Assembly: GCF_009914755.1 (NCBI RefSeq)
Contig: NC_060926.1
Length of the DNA stretch: 64,000 nt
Origin: the human T2T-CHM13v2.0 reference genome, Homo sapiens
Reading direction: 5' to 3' (one strand)
Part shown: one piece after another, positions 31,666 through 53,865 of the stretch
How positions within the stretch are numbered: the stretch's first letter is position 1
Layout of the letters: every line of letters starts with the position of its first letter
Notes under the pieces: generated by a model
The model's database searches: none
Seen by the model: the letters and a program-made list of their open reading frames with translations, nothing else
Told to the model about the DNA's origin: nothing
Made by a program: the position numbers and the translations under genes

Positions 31666-32375
31666 TATTTATTTTTGTTATGTTTCTTTGGGCACTTTTT
31701 TCCAGTTTGTTCTTGCTTTTCTGGAACTTGATTACTTTAAAGAATATACACCAATTGTTTTATGGACTGTCCCTTGGGTGGATTTGATGTTTTCATATGG
31801 TTAGATTCAGATTAGGCAAGCTCTTCAGTGTCTAGACTTGGTCAGAGTTAGGAGTGATTAAGGTATGGCTGGATCTGTAGGCAAAGGACCCAGCACTTGA
31901 GTGGGGCAAACTTAGCCAAAGACTCATGTCCTTATTGACATTTGGCCTCACTAGACGTGGGGCATCAGCATTTCTTCCAAGTCACCTCATGTTTCCACAT
32001 GACACTATTATCTTTTATGTAGCCCAGCCTAGTGAACAGCTTTCACATGGTCTCAACTTTGACTAAATTTTGAGACTGTATTATTGTATTAGTCAAGGTT
32101 CTCTAGAGAAGCAAAACCAATAAGATGTGTCTTATATACATATATCTATGTAAGATAAAAATCATATACGTACATATATATTTTTATTATATATATGTAT
32201 ATATTTTTGGACTTATGCCAAAAAAGTGTATGTGTGTATATATATATTTTATAAAATATAAACCTTTCACATATTTCATATATATATATTTTATGAACTA
32301 TATGTATATAGTTCATATATATATTTGTATAATTTTTGGACTTAGCAAGCCTCCACAATGTCATAAACAAATGTC

Positions 32376-33677
<1,302 letters not shown>

Positions 33678-34436
33678 AAACCTTTCATATAGATATAGAT
33701 ATATTTCATGAAATATAAACCTTTCATATATATTTTTCATATATATTTTATGAACTATATCTATATGAAAGGTTTATTTTCATATGTAAGCCTTTGGGAG
33801 AGGCCGGCGTGCTGGAGATTCAGTCAGCTCCAATGTTATCCATGAAGTCAGAGAGCTAGCTGAATTATTTCTTGCTGGGGGAGGTCAGTCGTTTGTTCCA
33901 TTCAGACCTTCACCTGATTGGATAAGGCCAATCTATACCATGGAAGGTAATCTGCTTTACTCAAAGTCCACCAATTGAAATATGAATCTCATTCAAAAGC
34001 ACCCTTACAAAAACATTAACAATAGTGTTTGAACAACTATATGAGTATTTTGGCCCAGTCAATTTAACACAGAAAGTTAAACATCACAGTTATCTAGTCA
34101 TGAAATTGTCTGTAGCCTTGCAGGTGTCACAAGGCTGATTCTTTTTTTCTGGTGAGCCTGTCTGTTTCTTGTTGCCACTGTAAAATAAGTACAGTCGGAG
34201 GCTGTTAGAGCTGGAAATGTGTTGAGAAATTATGCTATGCTACATTTTACAGGTAATATTAATATTAAATATTTTACATGTAATATTTCACGGCTATGCT
34301 ATATTAATATATATGTAATATTTATGTACATATATGTAACAATATATGGAATATTTTGCAACTATGCTATATTTTACAGGTGAAGGACATGAGGATCAGA
34401 TAGGAGTATGGCATTCTCAATGTAAACACTGCATGT

Positions 34437-34602
34437 TGTTGTGGGGTGGGGGAAGGGGGGAGGGATAGCATTTGGAGATATACCTAATGTTAAATGACGA
34501 GTTACTGGGTGCAGCACCACACCAACATGGCACATGTATACATATGTAACTAACCTGCACGTTGTGCACATGTACCCTAAAACTTAAAGTATAAAAAAAA
34601 AA
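34437..34602 (+). mobile_element. Very short L1PA (PA3/4-like) 3' end
   Basis: G-rich tract, gatatacctaatgttaaatgacgagtta, aaaacttaaagtat plus poly(A). Confidence 0.93.
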
Positions 34603-34837
34603 GATACAGCGAAGTATCCTGACACTTAGGGTATTCTTGTTATCTCTGTCATTTTCCAAATCTTCCATTTATATACTGAAAAAAATAAATGCTATTGCTA
34701 GGGGCCTAAAGACATAGATTATGGTGGTTTGCAACAAGGATAAAATTTATTTGAAAGTTTATGTTCCACATCAAAAATCAATACAAAATTTTAATCTCTA
34801 CTACAATGTATGTGTATATTTGTTTAATTTAAATATC

Positions 34838-35441
34838 TGTGGTGATTAATTTTATGTGTCCATTTATGTGGGCCATGGTGCCCAGATATGTGGTCAAACA
34901 TGAATCTGAATGTTTGAGGGTGTTTTGGGATGAGATTAACATTTCAATCAGGGGACTATGAGTAAAGCAGATTGCCCTCCATAATGTGCATTAATTCTGC
35001 AGCAAACAGCTCCTGGGCTTGAACTACAATATTGGCCCTCTCCTGCGTCTCCAGTCTGAGAGACTTTGGACTTGAACTATAACGTCGGCTCGTCTCTCGG
35101 TCTCCAGCCTGCTGGACCATTCTGCAGAACTTGCCAGCATCCATAATCAAAAAGGACAATTCCTTAACATTAATCAATATATTTCTCTCAGATACAGATA
35201 GATAGACTAGATAGATAAATGGTAGATAGATAGATAGATAGTAGATACATAGAAAGATAGATGGTAGATACATAGAAAGATAGATGACAGATAAATAGAC
35301 CGATAGATGATAGATACATAAATAGATAGATGATAGATACATAGACAGGTAGATGATAGATACATAGAGGTAGATAGGGACACATATTGCGTACTAGTGT
35401 ATTATTGGCTCTCTTTTCTCTGAAGAACCCTGACTGATATA
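34838..35441 (+). mobile_element. MLT2 (C/D-like) solo LTR
   Basis: tgtggtgattaattttatgtgtc...gagtaaagcagattgccctccataatgtg...gaagaaccctgactgata. Confidence 0.88.
35190..35376 (+). repeat. Degenerate (GATA)n tetranucleotide repeat within MLT2
   Basis: gatagatagatagata arrays with variant units. Confidence 0.95.
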
Positions 35442-37929
35442 AGGTCATAAAATAAAAATTTCTCCAAATCTCAGGAAAAAAAATATGTAATCTACTAAGA
35501 ACTTGACTTGCTTCAAAGGCATGTTCTATGAAGAATAAACCTCTGCTTTCTGCCAACATATAGACTCTGCATTCTCCTTTTTATTGCAAGACATAGCCAC
35601 AGAAGCCCTTTCTCTCACAGAAGAGGAATTTCCACAGCCCTCAATTAAGATAGGGTCTACAATATAATGTTTTAAAAATGCTATGCTTATCCTGGAAATA
35701 ACAGAATTTAAAAGTGATGAGTCAGCACTGGAATTCTAGGAACAGGATGCACAGCTACCATAGATCCAACAGAGCTGGTGGCAGCAGCTGACTCAATGCA
35801 GACCCAGGAATATCCAGTAAAGCCAAACAGGGTGAAAAGAAAGCCTGAAAGGCTATACTCAAAATCAGCACAGTCATTCTCTGGAAATCTGATAAAATCC
35901 ACTCTGTTTTCACAAAGCTGTATGTCTACAGGAGTCCAGCTTCAGATACCTGTATAGCTTTTGGAGAATCCAAAATCGACTAGCAGCTTCTGAGAAAAAT
36001 CAAATATCAAAATTAGTTTGTCATAAGCGTTCACGCAAAAACTTACACTCCAACTGCACAAGAGCAGAGAGAAGAGAAAGAGGTTAATTAGAAATGGAAG
36101 GAAATAAAACTGACCACAGCATACAAAAATGTGTACAGAGTGAAAGTGATCTGGGCTCTGGAGAACAACAGCAAAATAATTGTAAATGCTATTAGGCAAT
36201 GAGCAATTGTATCATTTGAAGATCTGGACTCTTTGGAGTCTCCAGTGAGTAACTGTGGTCCCAAAAGAGTAAGTGATAGTGTTTCTAACAATTTATGAAG
36301 TTGTAGCTTTTTTTTTTAATTAAAAAACAGAAACCAACCAAAAAAAACCCACAAAAATAAGTCACACTGGATTTCCTCATTAACCACATAGTTATATGCA
36401 TAGGGATATCCAAACTATCTGGTCAACAGAAAGTTTGAGCAGAATGATTTCTTCAATGTTTTTTGCTATGAATGTATTTTGGGTAAAAAGAATTAAGATG
36501 CCTGGAATCTGGCTGCTCAGGAAAGGTAAAAATGGTAGCATTTCTAATTGCATCTTAGTCATTTGATTATACATCAAACTTGATTGAGGCAATCAATTTC
36601 TAAAAAATCATGAAAATTAATTCAACTAATTGTTCTAGTAGAATTTAATACCAAATTGTAATTTTCAGCTTTAATCAAGCATCCTTGGGTTCCAGTGAAA
36701 ATAGTTTATTGAATGATTCTTTTAAATGCAGTTCTATTTAGCTGTTTGAAGCCTATTCATTAAAACACAAAGTCTCTAATTATTGTGTTCTTAAAACCAT
36801 ATTCATACCATTTTATGATTTGATACAGCCTTTTTGCAAAGAGGCACACACAAGAAAATTATAATACAATGGATTAAGAAATTTCCCTGTTTTTCTATTT
36901 TACCAAGTGTGTTTCAAGGCATTAAAAGAACAATATTTAACAAATGACTCACAGAGACTCATATATGTGTTTCCTCAAATATATAATAAAAGGTGAAGGT
37001 TTAATATCATTTAATTCCCTAATAATGGATCAAATCCTCAGCATCACCAACATTGTATCGAATCTTTGTGCTTTGAATAAGATAGTGAAATAATGTCGTT
37101 ATGGCAATTACAAATAAAGTGATTCATGTAATTATTCTGTAATAATATAATTGTTGCCATGTAGACTATTGACCATAAAAAACATTAAGTAATTGTAGGG
37201 TTATTTATGGCCTGAAAATTGTCTGACAATTATACTAGAAGTAATAGTAGCATGAAATTTATAGCTTGTTCCTTGATTTTTAAATGTAAAATGTATCTTT
37301 TTAATTATAGACCTAGGCACCTAACGTCTAGCCACATAATTATATCAGGTGCTTCACACAGAATGCAAAAATTGGGTACAATCCAGTGAAGAAATATATT
37401 CTTCTATTGAATTGTAAGTTCTTGAAAAATTAGTTATTTTTTTAAATTGGTTATGTCACTTCAATTCCACATTTTTAATATTAGAAAGTTTAGATAATTA
37501 TGTGATATTATTTTCTATGAGACTTTCAGTCACGTGTGTGTGCATGCACGCATGTGTTTCAATAGATAGCACTTCCTTTGTTCTTTAAAAACATTAACAA
37601 GGAAGCTGGCACCATGTTTGATAAAATTGTAAGAACTTGGCACACTTGATATACCTCATTCCTTGCACCAATATGAAAATTTACCTTCTGAGAATGAGAG
37701 ATACTATTCTTGGAAGATTGGTTGAGAAGAGTAGTTAGCACTCATGGTTTATATTCATCAGAGATAAAGATTGAAACTGAGAAACCCACTGCTCCCTACC
37801 CCATCACTCTCAGCCTCACCACCACCATCATCCTTGAAGTCCACAGTTCCAATCTGACCTTGTTCAGTGAGCCACCAATGCAACATGCAGACACCCAGCT
37901 CACCTGAGACTTCCACATTCTAGTCCCTA

Positions 37930-38500
37930 TAAAGTACTGTACATCTTTATTCCCTTCTCTTTTCTTACCTCTTCCAAGACACAAGACCTTTCCTCAAAAT
38001 TCTTTTTACTTAATCATGAGAAAAAAAAGGCCTCTAACTTCAATCCATTTTAGGAATATTCTTTAGTTTTTGTTCTAAGAGAAAGATGGCTTTTCCCTGA
38101 GGACCATAATTGCCCTGCCAGTCTCTACAGTGGCAGCTGTTTTTAGTCTCTCTCATCCTGTCATCCCTATCATCTCTCTCCCTGAAAGTTGTCTTCTTAT
38201 GCCAGCTGTTTATAAACCACTGCTTCTTTCCTTGCTCCCAGCCCCCACTCCCTTCACCTTCAATCTGATATTAGTTTCTTGTCCATTGCCTTGCATTGCT
38301 GCTGATTTGTACCAACTATTAGGACAGTTCTGTCTTCTGGATCACTGTCATTCTTAACAAAATGACCCATGTTTTGGTTATTGATTTCAACATATACATA
38401 AACAATTCTTCCAAAACTGCGGCTTCTCAGCTCCCAGCATCATTTTCTTCCAATATTTCTGTCTTCTACCTTACACAAGCCAATCATTTGCAGTATGATA
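37930..38500 (+). mobile_element. L2 upstream (endonuclease-region) fragment
   Basis: atggcttttccctgaggaccataattgccctgccagtctctacagtggcagctg; gatttcaacatatacataaacaattcttccaa. Confidence 0.55.
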
Positions 38501-40479
38501 CTTTCATTTCTAAAGAAATATGTCTTTTTGTGATAACTCCCCTGAATAATAGTACCAAGTTTATTAATAACTTATTAAATATATTTCAGTGGCACATTCT
38601 TATATCTCATGCAATGAGTAATTAAACATCGGACCTTGTCATCTTCTTTAATTATTTAAAAGTCATGGCAGAATAAAGTAACATTGTATCTTTTTTAAGC
38701 TTCAACATTATGCCTGGTATAAAATATGTGTTAAAGTTCTATTTATCAGTTAAATAAATGAATTATTGATTAAATGAATGTAAATGAAAATAATAGTTCC
38801 CAGAAGAGAAAAATTACTTCTGATTCCATACATAGCTACACACACACACAAAAGTATGTGCATATATTCACATCTCTCAAAATAGATTCATAAATCAGTA
38901 CATTGTTAACATTTGGTTTTGTTTATTACTGATTTAAAAATCTGTAGACACATTAGGAATAAAACTTTGAACACATGAAGTCATTTTATAATCCTGAAAC
39001 TTTGACGATCATCAAAATCATTTTAGTGCATACCTTCCCAAAGCCTGGGTTTATATAATTACTTAATATAAAATTATGTTTATCTCTTATATAAGTTAAA
39101 GATACCATGGCACAGAATCTAGTCATTAAACATTCATCCCCTCCGTGTTGAACATGATCCAACTCTTTATGCCTGGCTGAGCAATGAGTTCAAGACTTTC
39201 TAGCCAGAATACCACTAATTCAAGAGGCAACACTAATTTTTTACAGCATGTATATTTGTGGCAAGTACTTAAGTAGTATTTGCATTTATTAATCCTTCCA
39301 GAATAAAAGCCTTCAATAATATAATATTATAATTATCTTTCCCCTTCTCCCATGTCTATGTCTAACTCATTTATTATAAAGAGTCCTCACTGACAAGAAC
39401 AAATTACTATTTTAGGGAGAGAAACAATTTTGATATTTCATTTCTAAAAAGTCCTTAACGATAATCTATTAAGAGAAAACTGAAATAATGTTTTAAAATT
39501 ATGCACAGAGGGCAGATCCAATTTACTTAGGAAAATATATTAAAATTATTAAGTTTTTTAATAAGCCTGCCAACACTTTGACAAAATTAGGACGATAAAA
39601 ATGTTTTCACCTATTTTAGATATAGTTATTTTTAAGAGTTTGGCTTTTTGGCATTTAATGTAATCTCTCCACCTGCAAACTGTGAATAGCTTATGTTAAG
39701 GCAGTTGCAATTGTCTTGACAAAGTCTAAGTCCAAAATACATCTGTTGGAGCATAAAAACCTAAAGTGCCATGATTTTTTATTGGAACTGAAAAAAATTG
39801 CTTTCATGTAGGAGTGACACGACAGAACTTTTGACATCTAAGTTTAACCAGACTTTAGCTCTCATTCTCTCTTAAACAATCTACTGTGTTGAGTCATCTT
39901 TCTGAAACATCAATCTCATTATTAAAAAACTGTTTTAAACATGCCAAATTTTCCTGATGTTTCACATAATAAAATAAAATCCCATTCATATTGCATGCAA
40001 GTTACTTATGATATGGCCTCAGAGTTACCTTTTATGATCTACATGATCTAGCATCATGTTCCCTCCAAATATCCACCATTTATGCCACACAGTTATTTGC
40101 TGTTTACACAGTATAATGTGATCATTATCAGTTTCATGCTTGTTCCTTCACATATACTGCTCAACTTGCATGAAATACCCACCTTTATTTTCTTTATTTG
40201 GGGAACTCTTTCATCCTTAAATGCTCCTGTCATATGTCAGTCATTGTCCCTTTGAAACATTTCCTTATTTTCACGGTAGAAACCTACTGTTCTCATATTT
40301 GTGTAAGTTTTTTATATCCTTTATTTCATTGTATTTTGATTATTGTCTCCATTTTCCTCTACTATGAACTCCAAAAAAACCAATGTTCTTTCCTTATCCT
40401 TTCTCTCATTGAGCTGGCAATAAAGATTTTTTGAATAATGAACTAAAGAAATTTAGAAGAATGGGTAGTTTGGTGTTTA

Positions 40480-41465
40480 TTTTTATATTTATGTAAAATT
40501 GATTAAAAAATTGATTAAAAAAGATAGTATAAATGGTCTCTACATCCATGTCCCTCACTCAGCTCCCTTTATTTTTAACATTTTACATTAGTATGTATGT
40601 TTATTACAATTAATGAGTCAATATAGATGCAATATTATCAACTAAAATCTGTCCATTTATTTAAAATTTCTCCTTTCCATACTGTGTTTCTTTGGAAGGA
40701 AGTCACCATGTGTAGCCTAGAACTGCAAACGGAAAAAAAATAAAACCTTCATTATAACTGAAGAATTCAACATCTCATTTTCAGCAATTAATAAACCTAA
40801 CTTGCTGAAAATCAGTAATGATATAGTTGATCTGAACAATATTATCAGTCGACTTGATCATATGACATTTGTAGAATGCTTCATGTAGTAATAACCTAAT
40901 ACCATAACTTACTAATAACCTTCTGAGAGTGGTCCTTGGGACATTTTTGTAGAAAGGTTATTAGTAAGTTATTTTTTCATAAGCAACAGGCCTAGTCAGA
41001 TTAACTATTTTTCATGAGTTCGGGTATTATTTTATTTACAAATATGTTGTTTCATCTCCATATATATTAGAATGTTTTAAAGTCATCTTTCCATTATTGA
41101 TTTCTAATTGTATTATATTGTGGTCTGAAAACATACTTTATATGATTTGTATCCTTTTTAATTTATTTTAAATATGTTTTATTTGTTTAAATGTGCTTTT
41201 GAATCCAGGCGATAGTTTACTTTTCTGAATGTTTCATGTGAGCTTGGAAAGAATGTGTATTATGTTATAAACATAAAGAATGTGTATGTTATGTTCTTCA
41301 GTTCTAATAAAGGTTATTTTCAGTTTGCAGTTCTATCAGATTTTGCCTCATGCACTTTGATGCCATGTTGTTAGGTACATACGTGTTAAGAACTGTGGTA
41401 TCTTCATGGGGAATTGACTCCCTTATCATTATGTAATACCCGTTTCTTATTTCATATCTTTCTAC
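40480..41465. mobile_element. Rearranged old L1M fragments (3' UTR antisense 40480-40717; EN piece sense 40718-40897; EN piece antisense ~41000-41465)
   Basis: gaaaatcagtaatgatatagttgatctgaacaa on the + strand; ...YYIMIRESIPHEDTTVLNTYVPNNMASKCMRQNLIELQ on the - strand. Confidence 0.75.
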
Positions 41466-41519
41466 CAGAGGCCCAGACAAAAGCACCAGCAGGGGATCCA
41501 CCTTGCATGGGTACCTTTG

Positions 41520-45090
<3,571 letters not shown>

Positions 45091-45094
45091 AATT

Positions 45095-47340
45095 TCTCTC
45101 AGCATTCTCATTTTTAATGTAGATCAGAATAGAGGACTATGTTGTTTGCCTTCTTCCTGAATAATTTATTTGAATACATTTTGTAGGAAATATCTGCTAG
45201 ATATGAATTCTGTCAGCATTTTTTATTTGTTTCCTGAGAAAGCCTTAATTTTTCCTTCACTTTGTAAGAATATTTTTTCTGAATATAAAAACCTACATTG
45301 GTGTTTTCTTTCTTTTATACTTTGGACATTTCACTCCATTGTCTGCTTCCTTGCATGGTTTCTAAGAAGATGTTTACTGTAATCTATTCTTTTCCTTCTA
45401 TAGGAAAAAAAAAGTTTGTTTTGTTCTTTCCTACATCTTTTTTCAAGATTTTGTACTTTTCTTTGACTTTCTACAGTTTTAATATAATAAGTCTAATGGT
45501 AATTTTTGTTTCCAGGTTTTGTGGTCCATTGTCTGTCATTATATTCTTTTAACTTCATAGTCATTATTTCTTCAAATATTCCTTTCAAATCTCTTCTCTC
45601 ATTTTTTTCTTTATGACACTTCAATTACATTCGTGTTGCACCTTTTGGAATTACCACACAGTTCTTGTAAATCCTGTCCTCTTTTCCATCTTTCTTCTCT
45701 CTTTTTGTATTTCATTTCAGGAAGTTTTTAATAACATGTGTTTAAGGTTACTAATTCTCTTATATCTGTGTCCAACCAATTAATAGGCCTTTAAAAGCAT
45801 TCATTTCTGTTACAGTATTTTTGATTTCTAACATTTTTAAGAGTTTCCATCTCCCTGCTTATATTACACACCTTTTCTTTCATGTTGTCTACTTTTTTCA
45901 TTAAAGCACATAGTGTATTAATTATATTTATTTTAAATTCATTTTCTGATATTTCCAAAATCTATGCTATGTTTGAGTCTGGTTCTCATCCTTGCTTGTC
46001 TCTTCAGACTTTTCTTCCAACTTGGCTTTACTAATGCTTTGTAATTTTTGTTGAAAGCTGGGCATGATGTATCATGTAATAGGGTCAGAGATAAATAAAA
46101 CTTTAGTCGGAGATTTTACGTTGATTTGCCTCTGAATTGGGCTATGTTTAATGTTCTTTGCAATAGTTGGTATCGGAGGCTTCAAATTTCTTTAGTGTAT
46201 TTCCTTTACTATCCTCTTTTTTCTTTGTGTTTTCCTAAGAATTCCTTCTTAAAATTTAGTATGTTTCTTCCTACTATTTCAGCTGTAATCCCTGTTTGTA
46301 TGGTAGTAAGAAGTGGGAGAGAGAAAACAGTAATCACATGATGAGATCTGTCTTTCGAAGGGACTGTATTCATGGGCTGTGACTTTCAAAGTGTTTACAG
46401 TCTTTTTTACTGTCCCTTTATTTAGACAACAGACATGCCAGAAGGAGCTACTTTTGATAATTTTCCTTAAGTCTGTGTCAGAGAGGCTTCTGGCAAAGAC
46501 TTTTTTGCTACAAGCACAGGTCTTCATTAGGAGAACACACAGAGTATATTTCAGATGGTTACTCATTCACTCCCTATATAAGTCTGTTTTCATGCAACTG
46601 ATAAAGACATATCTGAGACTGGGCAATTTACGAAACAAAGAGGTTTATTGGACTTACAGTTCTACATGGTTGGGGAGGCCTCACAACCATGGCAGAAGGC
46701 AAGGAGGAGCAAATCACATCTTATATGGATGGCAGCAGGCAAAGAGAAGGCTTGTGCAGAGAAACTCCCATTTTTAAAACCATCAGATCTTGTGAGACTT
46801 ACTCACTATCACAAGAACAGCAAGGGAAAGACCCGCCCCCATGATTCAATTACCTCCCACTGGGTTCCTCCCATGAAATGTGGGAATTGTGGGAGTTACA
46901 ATTCAAGATGAGATTTGGGTGGGCACACAGCAAAACCACATCATTCCCCCTGCCAAAGACATGGGTTGATTTTTCTTGCCCTTTACTTAAAAAACCTGAT
47001 AAAGTCCTGGAATTAAAAACTATACAGTACAAGGATTTCCTAAGGTTGCAGGTCCCATGATTCGCACTCTCAAGTTAGCCCATAAATTGCCATTTAAATG
47101 CTCCTGTCAGTTTCTGGTTCCAGTGGTTTCTCTTCTGGTTAACCTGATCTTGGCTGGACTTTTCTGTATTTTCCTGTCTCTCCAGTTTTCAGAGTGGCAG
47201 TTTGCACTGTGACCTGAATTTTCTGTTGGATCCAGGAAAAGTCATTGATTTTGAGTTCATTCAGCTCTTCTCTGTATGAAAGGATGGAAATAATGACCTC
47301 TGAGCTCTTCACATGTCGAAGCTGGATTGTACAGTTTTTT
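45095..47340 (-). mobile_element. Old L1M ORF1 and 5' UTR region, interrupted by THE1
   Basis: T-rich antisense ORF1-like sequence (ttattcttcaaatatt-type motifs; aaagcattcatttctgttacagtatttttgatttcta). Confidence 0.7.
46575..46943 (-). mobile_element. THE1 (C-like) solo LTR
   Basis: ctgataaagacatatctgagactgggcaattta...aattcaagatgagatttgggtggg; TSD ctccc/ttccc. Confidence 0.93.
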
Positions 47341-47682
47341 ACTTGTCATTAATAAAATTTTCCTAGTCTGTTCCAGCCATAATGATCATGAGGTAGTAGA
47401 AGTTATTTTATTTTATTTTTTAATATCAATTTACTCAATTCTTTAAGATTACTTCTGCTGAAACCCTAGGGGAATGCCTTGATTGGATGCATGTCATGGG
47501 AGATTTAAAACCAGGCTCAATATTATTCCCATTATGGTTAGCTTCAGGAGTTTCAGAAAAAAAATCATTAATAAGCAGGGAGAGAAACAGCATCAGTGTA
47601 CTAATCAAGTGACACTATGAACGTATTATTTAGTCACAGTGAGTAGTGTCAAAGCCCTGATGTGTCCTTTCTGAAGCTGGTT

Positions 47683-47686
<4 letters not shown>

Positions 47687-47716
<30 letters not shown>
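47687..47716 (+). repeat. (AC)15 microsatellite
   Basis: Pure run. Confidence 0.98.
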
Positions 47717-47718
<2 letters not shown>

Positions 47719-48051
47719 CAGAGAGAGAGTTTTTTCTCTGGAATATAACTGTTAAAATAATGACACTTAAAATCTATCAAGAAAAATTGATCTGTGCAGA
47801 CTATCATAAAACCACTACTATTTATCTTCTATCTGTTTTTATGCCTTGTCTACATATTTTAGTTAGATGGCTTGCCCATTAAGTAAAGCTATGAGTCATC
47901 TGTCACTTGGAGATATTTAATAATTGGGAACAAAACAAAACAAAAATATGCCTACAACTCAGTGAAATTGTAAGAAAAATTTCACATAGTATAGTCGCTT
48001 TTATCTAAAATATTTTATCTTCTTTATTTTTAAAGGTGTGTGTATATAGAC

Positions 48052-48058
<7 letters not shown>

Positions 48059-48091
<33 letters not shown>
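48059..48091 (+). repeat. (TG)16 microsatellite
   Basis: Pure run. Confidence 0.98.
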
Positions 48092-48092
<1 letters not shown>

Positions 48093-48151
48093 TAAATACA
48101 TAGCCATTTAATAAGATTAATCAGGCAATCCTTTGTTGCCTTGGATTAAGT

Positions 48152-48366
48152 CAGTAATTCACAAACAGAGGTCGTTACCCTCCACTGAGAGGACATTTGA
48201 TAATATCTAGGTACAATTTTGGTTGCCACAAGTGAAAGGTTGCTCCTGCAATTAGTGGATAGAGGTTGAGAATGCTGCAAATCTTCACACAACGCACAGT
48301 ACAGCCAAATCGAACAAAGAATCCTCTGTGCTAATACGTCCATAGAACTTCACATTAGAATCTTTG
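48152..48366 (+). mobile_element. MER20 (hAT/Charlie-derived)
   Basis: ggacatttgataatatctagg...ttttggttgccacaa...tagtggatagagg...atgctgcaaat...aacaaagaat. Confidence 0.85.
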
Positions 48367-49339
48367 ACCTAAGTTATTATGTCTGCCAAAATGTTCTTTA
48401 CTGCTTCTTTCTTTACTGCCTCCATTCTCCTTAATTAAATAACTTCCCATTGAGTCACTAAGTGCATATACACCTCAGTGTATATTAGTTTAGCACATAA
48501 TCCTTTCTAAGATGATGTTCACTGCCAAACAGATCTTCAAAGGGAGAGATCCAAAAACATAAATCTGAGTAGAAGTCAGGCATCCTGAGCCTGGCTCATG
48601 GTAGAGGACATCTTCTTTGTCTACAAGTGGTGTTGCATGATTAGGAAAGAGATATTTGTGGTAGTTCATAAAATGTCTCAAATTACACTTTCCAGGCTTG
48701 CATTTTAGCTTATATGAACATAAATTCAGCCCTTTATGTTGAATTATGTAAACTCTCATAAAAAACATTCAGTCACTTGTGCACTAGTGAACATTGCAAA
48801 TTCCAGTTTCCTCAAATCTCTATACTTTCACCACATATCGTCATGTACTGATGGGATTGATTTGTTTGAATGAGGATAAAAACATGGCTTCAGTACTTTC
48901 ATTTATACATGCTATAGGTGTTTTTTGTTGTTGTTGTTGCATAGCATGTCAGTTTGAAGAAATACAAATTTTGTTTCTTAAATAAGTAAAGCCTGCTTAT
49001 TGAGATTGATGAGAAATACATTATCTTTTGAGGATTTTTTTTTTTTTTACCAACAGTGAACTGTACAGATATAGAGTCATTTTGTGTAAATTGAAATAAA
49101 AACAAAACTGGATCTTTTAGTAAATAGACTATCATATATTATTTATTTCCAAAGTCTAACAAAATAGTTAAAATGCTCTGGGTAAACTATAAATATTTCG
49201 GGATGGGTGAATAAATAAATGCATGTGTTAGTCATGAAAAAACATGTAGAAATAGCATAGAAATATTTTCTTCTCTGCCAGCTCATTACTCTGACATTTT
49301 TCCAGTATTTCCTTGAGAATATGAATAATCTTTCTATTA

Positions 49340-53865
<4,526 letters not shown>

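Noticed and set aside
34088-34838. Two MLT2 LTRs as the ends of one provirus
   Set aside because: They are in opposite orientations with no internal sequence, so they are independent solo LTRs
37532-37556. Alternating purine-pyrimidine tract (Z-DNA-like)
   Set aside because: Short decayed TG microsatellite of a common kind
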